Positions 47,256-50,125 of a DNA stretch of 50,125 nucleotides are shown here, piece by piece. The stretch's first letter is position 1. The number at the start of each line of letters is the position of its first letter. The position numbers were made by a program, and so were the translations under genes. This DNA is from an uncultured Oscillospiraceae bacterium (GTDB taxonomy: Bacteria; Bacillota; Clostridia; Peptostreptococcales; Anaerovoracaceae). The stretch spans positions 1 through 50,125 of the forward strand of contig CAYRNC010000003.1 of assembly GCA_964425645.1 (NCBI GenBank), read 5' to 3'. Below the pieces are notes generated by a model. That model was not told the origin of the DNA. It saw only the letters and a program-made list of their open reading frames with translations, and ran no database searches.

Positions 47256-47987
47256 ATGGACTGGACCAAGGCAAAAACTATCCTGATCATCGCCTTGCTG
47301 ATCACAAATCTCTTTCTCGGAATTATTTATGTGGCGGCGCAGATAAAACAAGGTGCCGGAGAAAAAATGCTGCATAAAGAAACCGTAGAGCTGTTGGAGA
47401 AAAAACAGATACGAATTTTGACCGAGCTTCCCATTAAACACAGCAAAATGGCAGTTTTAAATGTCAGATATGATCGCATGGATCAGGATGTTTTGGAGAC
47501 ATTGCTTGAAAAGCAAGAAGGAATGGGAGAAGATCGCAATCAAGACGATTTTGTGAAGTATGCCGATAATTTCTTGAATAAATGTGGTATTTTAAGAGAA
47601 AATGTGGTATTAGAAAAGGTAGAAGTGCAAGGTAAGAAAACGAGGGTTACATATAAAAACGTTTATGAGGGTTTTACCATTTTAGAAAGCTATGTAAAAT
47701 GTACGATAGAAAATGGGCTGGTAACGGAATTCAGTCGATACTGGCTTCATCCTTTGGAGTTTGGAAGAACGAAAAGGGAGACGATGTCAGCTTCAGCCGC
47801 ACTTATCCACTTTATGGGCGAAAATGAGCAAACTGAGGAAGTTTGTATTGAAGGGATGGAGCTTGTGTATTGGCTGGATCCCTCAGCGTATGGCATGGAA
47901 TCTACGCTGTATGATACGGCTTTTCCTGCGTGGAAGGTTACATATAGCGGCGGAAAAATACAATACATACCTGCTTATATGGAATAA
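47256..47987 (+). CDS. yycI: YycI-family regulator of WalK
   Basis: N-terminus MDWTKAKTILIIALLITNLFLGIIYV matches the characteristic YycI start (MDW.KAKTIFI ... LN.FL). 243 aa. Confidence 0.65.
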   Translation: MDWTKAKTILIIALLITNLFLGIIYVAAQIKQGAGEKMLHKETVELLEKKQIRILTELPIKHSKMAVLNVRYDRMDQDVLETLLEKQEGMGEDRNQDDFVKYADNFLNKCGILRENVVLEKVEVQGKKTRVTYKNVYEGFTILESYVKCTIENGLVTEFSRYWLHPLEFGRTKRETMSASAALIHFMGENEQTEEVCIEGMELVYWLDPSAYGMESTLYDTAFPAWKVTYSGGKIQYIPAYME

Positions 47988-48041
47988 CAAATTAGTTCTG
48001 TTGGCCAAAATCATATAACTGTCAAATGGAAAGGTTATGCT

Positions 48042-48834
48042 ATGACGTTAAATTTTTGTTCCTTTTCAAGCGGAAGCAGCGGAAATTGCTATCTTGTTCG
48101 AACAAGAGATACAGCATTGCTTGTAGATGCCGGAATAAGTCTGAAAAGGATTCGGGAGGGACTTGCCGATACAGGGACTGATCCCCGGCAGCTTGCCGCG
48201 GTTCTTGTTACCCATGAACACGGTGATCATATCAGAAGCCTGGGGGCGCTTCTGAGAAAAAAGCAAAACTTAAGGGCTTATGCCAACGAAAAGACCTGGC
48301 AGGCTATAAAAGCGGATTCTTCGGCAGAAAGAAGGATGTGTTTTGAACAACAAGCCTTTCACGGTGGGAGACATCGAAATAAAGGCTTTTAATGTTTCCC
48401 ACGACGCTGCAGATCCGGTAGGATATTCTTTTTACTGCATGGGAAAGCAGATAAGCATTGTAACTGATACAGGCTGTATAAAGGATGAGGTTGTCGAGGA
48501 GATTGTAGAGGCCGACATTTTGGTTATTGAAGCTAACCACGATGTGGACATGTTGAGAATTGGCCGCTATCCCTGGTATTTGAAACAGAGGATATTGGGA
48601 GATTCGGGCCATCTTTCCAATGAATCGGCCGGTAAGGCGCTTACGAGACTCTTATCAAGACATAGTAAAGAAAGAAGAATTCTGTTGGCGCACCTTAGTA
48701 AGGAAAACAATTTTCCCGAAATGGCCTACCAAACAGTAAAAAATATTTTGGAAGAGCAAAATTATTATATAGGAACTCATACGAAACTAGGCACCCTTAT
48801 AAGAGATGAAATCAGCATAGTATACGGGGTGTGA
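48042..48834 (+). pseudogene. walJ: MBL-fold metallo-hydrolase WalJ/YycJ, split by a 1-nt frameshift
   Basis: Part 1 (48042-48392) carries SGSSGNCYLV and VTHEHGDH. Part 2 (48343-48834) carries SHDAADP, TDTG, EANHD ... RYPW and GHLSN. The frames join near TGTTTTG at 48339-48345, and removing one T gives ...RRMCLNNKPFTVGDIEI... Confidence 0.75.
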
Positions 48835-48858
48835 TATTACAGACAGGAGGGATATGGA

Positions 48859-50049
48859 GTGGACGAATACAAAACACAGATGAATGAGGAAAATGAATAC
48901 ATTAATGCAGAGTTTTCAATAAAAGAAGATAGGAAAAAAACCAAAAGCAGCAAGAGGCTGCTTTCAGCTTTGCTTGTCATACTCCTGTCCGGTGGGGCCG
49001 GTTTCGGAGGAGGCATGGTTGCACTACATCATTATGGAAGCACCGGATCGCCTGATTCGGCCAACATCATTAAAATTAACGCGGAGGATAATGTAAACAC
49101 GGCGGAAGCCGTTGCCGCAAAGGTAATACCCTCCGTAGTCGGAATAAGTACGACTACCGAGATGGTAAGGCGCGATATCTTCGGTTTTCAAAGCGGGCGT
49201 CTTGTGGAAGGCGTCGGTACAGGTATTATCGCAGATAAAAAGGGTTTCATTTTGACGAACTCCCATGTGGTCAGTGATGGGAAGGCCAAAACCATTACGG
49301 TGCAGCTTACCGATGGAAGGGAGTTGAAGGGTGAAGTTCTTTGGAACGATAAGATACTGGACTTGGCGATGGTTAAAATTGATGCGGATAACCTGACTCC
49401 GGCAGAGTTAGGGGATTCGGACAAAGTCAACATCGGGGCATACGCGGTTGCAATAGGAAATCCTCTTGGGATGGCATTTGACAGAAGCGTAACCCAAGGT
49501 GTAATAAGCGGTCTGAATCGGACAATTAACGTAAGTGAACAAAGTGGAACCATGTTGATGGAAGGTCTTATGCAGACCGATGCCTCCATAAATGCTGGAA
49601 ACAGCGGGGGACCTCTTTTAAACAGTAAAGGACAGGTCATAGGTATAAATACCGCAAAGGCCCCTGCAGGTGAGGGTTTGGGCTTTGCCATTCCGATCAA
49701 TACGGCAAAACCGATAGTACAGGAAATAATGGAGACAGGAGTGTTCAATAAAGCATTTATAGGCATTAGCGGTACGGATATGGAAATTTATCTTCAGGAT
49801 TATCCGGAGGATGATTTAGGTACCAAAACAGGAGTCTATGTCAGGCAAATATACCCGGAAACTCCGGCCGACATTGACGGATTGTTGATAGGCGATGTAA
49901 TAGTTGCAATTGACGGAAAAAAAATCCGCAACATGGAAGGGTTGACAAGAGAGTTGTTTTCATACAAGCCTGAAGAAAAGGTAAAGCTTACTATATTCAG
50001 AAAGCGCCATAAGGTGGACATAGATCTCACCCTCGGCAAAGCAGATTAG
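48859..50049 (+). CDS. HtrA-family serine protease (TM anchor, trypsin-like domain, PDZ)
   Basis: Catalytic motifs TNSHVV, DLAMVKI and GNSGGPL, plus a C-terminal PDZ domain (GVYVRQI ... GDVIVAIDGKKI). Positioned like B. subtilis yycK/htrC. Confidence 0.88.
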   Translation: MDEYKTQMNEENEYINAEFSIKEDRKKTKSSKRLLSALLVILLSGGAGFGGGMVALHHYGSTGSPDSANIIKINAEDNVNTAEAVAAKVIPSVVGISTTTEMVRRDIFGFQSGRLVEGVGTGIIADKKGFILTNSHVVSDGKAKTITVQLTDGRELKGEVLWNDKILDLAMVKIDADNLTPAELGDSDKVNIGAYAVAIGNPLGMAFDRSVTQGVISGLNRTINVSEQSGTMLMEGLMQTDASINAGNSGGPLLNSKGQVIGINTAKAPAGEGLGFAIPINTAKPIVQEIMETGVFNKAFIGISGTDMEIYLQDYPEDDLGTKTGVYVRQIYPETPADIDGLLIGDVIVAIDGKKIRNMEGLTRELFSYKPEEKVKLTIFRKRHKVDIDLTLGKAD

Positions 50050-50064
50050 CAGGAAGGATACAGC

Positions 50065-50125
50065 TTGAAGATAAGAATTCTGTGTGTAGGCAAACTAAAG
50101 GAAAAATATTGGTCCGCTGCTGCTG
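50065..50125 (+). CDS. rlmH: 23S rRNA (pseudouridine1915-N3)-methyltransferase RlmH, 5' fragment running off the window
   Basis: TTG start. The translation (M)KIRILCVGKLKEKYWSAAA matches the conserved RlmH N-terminus (I.I..VGK.K). Follows the htrA-like gene as in Bacillus. Confidence 0.6.
   Translation, partial: MKIRILCVGKLKEKYWSAAA

Noticed and set aside
47810-47818. An isolated DnaA-box-like sequence TTATCCACT inside yycI.
   Set aside because: It is a single 1-mismatch match within a coding sequence far from the origin clusters, which is expected by chance.
49188-49766. Long antisense ORFs: 192 aa opposite the htrA-like gene, 161 aa at 23712-24197 opposite trpS, several at 26126-27061 opposite gyrA, and 152 aa at 32124-32582 opposite dnaN.
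   Set aside because: They are shadow ORFs inside strongly supported conserved genes. They have low-complexity Ser/Leu/Ile-rich translations and no RBS.

Overview
This window is the chromosomal replication-origin region of a spore-forming Firmicute, probably Clostridia-like, and it is almost entirely core housekeeping genes. Gene orientation switches at about 30.3 kb. To the left, genes run mostly on the minus strand: gyrB-gyrA, rsbV-rsbW-sigB, trpS, split transketolase, ROK kinase, rpsF-ssb-rpsR, gdpP-rplI-dnaB, a DnaD-like gene, an M23 peptidase, walR-walK, yabP-yabQ-divIC, rnmV-rsmA and an LtaS-family gene. To the right, genes run on the plus strand: dnaA-dnaN-recF, rpmH-rnpA-yidD-yidC-jag-mnmE-mnmG-rsmG, noc-like/parA/parB, a PP2C phosphatase, and yycH-yycI-walJ-htrA-rlmH. 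DnaA-box clusters flank dnaA, and a DnaA-trio-like trinucleotide array sits just upstream of dnaN. I saw no rRNA, tRNA, CRISPR array, transposase, integrase or recognisable defence island, so I cannot honestly nominate a novel accessory system. The features most worth a second look are listed here.
- The dnaA-dnaN-recF block appears inverted relative to its usual neighbours: gyrBA lies upstream of dnaA and rpmH lies downstream of recF.
- A sigma-B partner-switching module, not spoIIA, is packed directly behind gyrA and has its own sigma-B-type promoter.
- An unlinked PAS(Cys4)-PP2C phosphatase lies next to parB.
- The wal locus is split across the origin, with WalR-box-like repeats in front of both halves.
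- Two Wal-associated genes are frameshifted, one of them at an 8-nt homopolymer.
- A DnaD/DnaB-like protein is fused to a helicase-loader N-terminal zinc domain but lacks the AAA+ module.
- A perfect parS is embedded in a 26-bp palindrome that also looks like a terminator.

All calls come from reading the sequence and ORF translations and from remembered family motifs. No searches were run.
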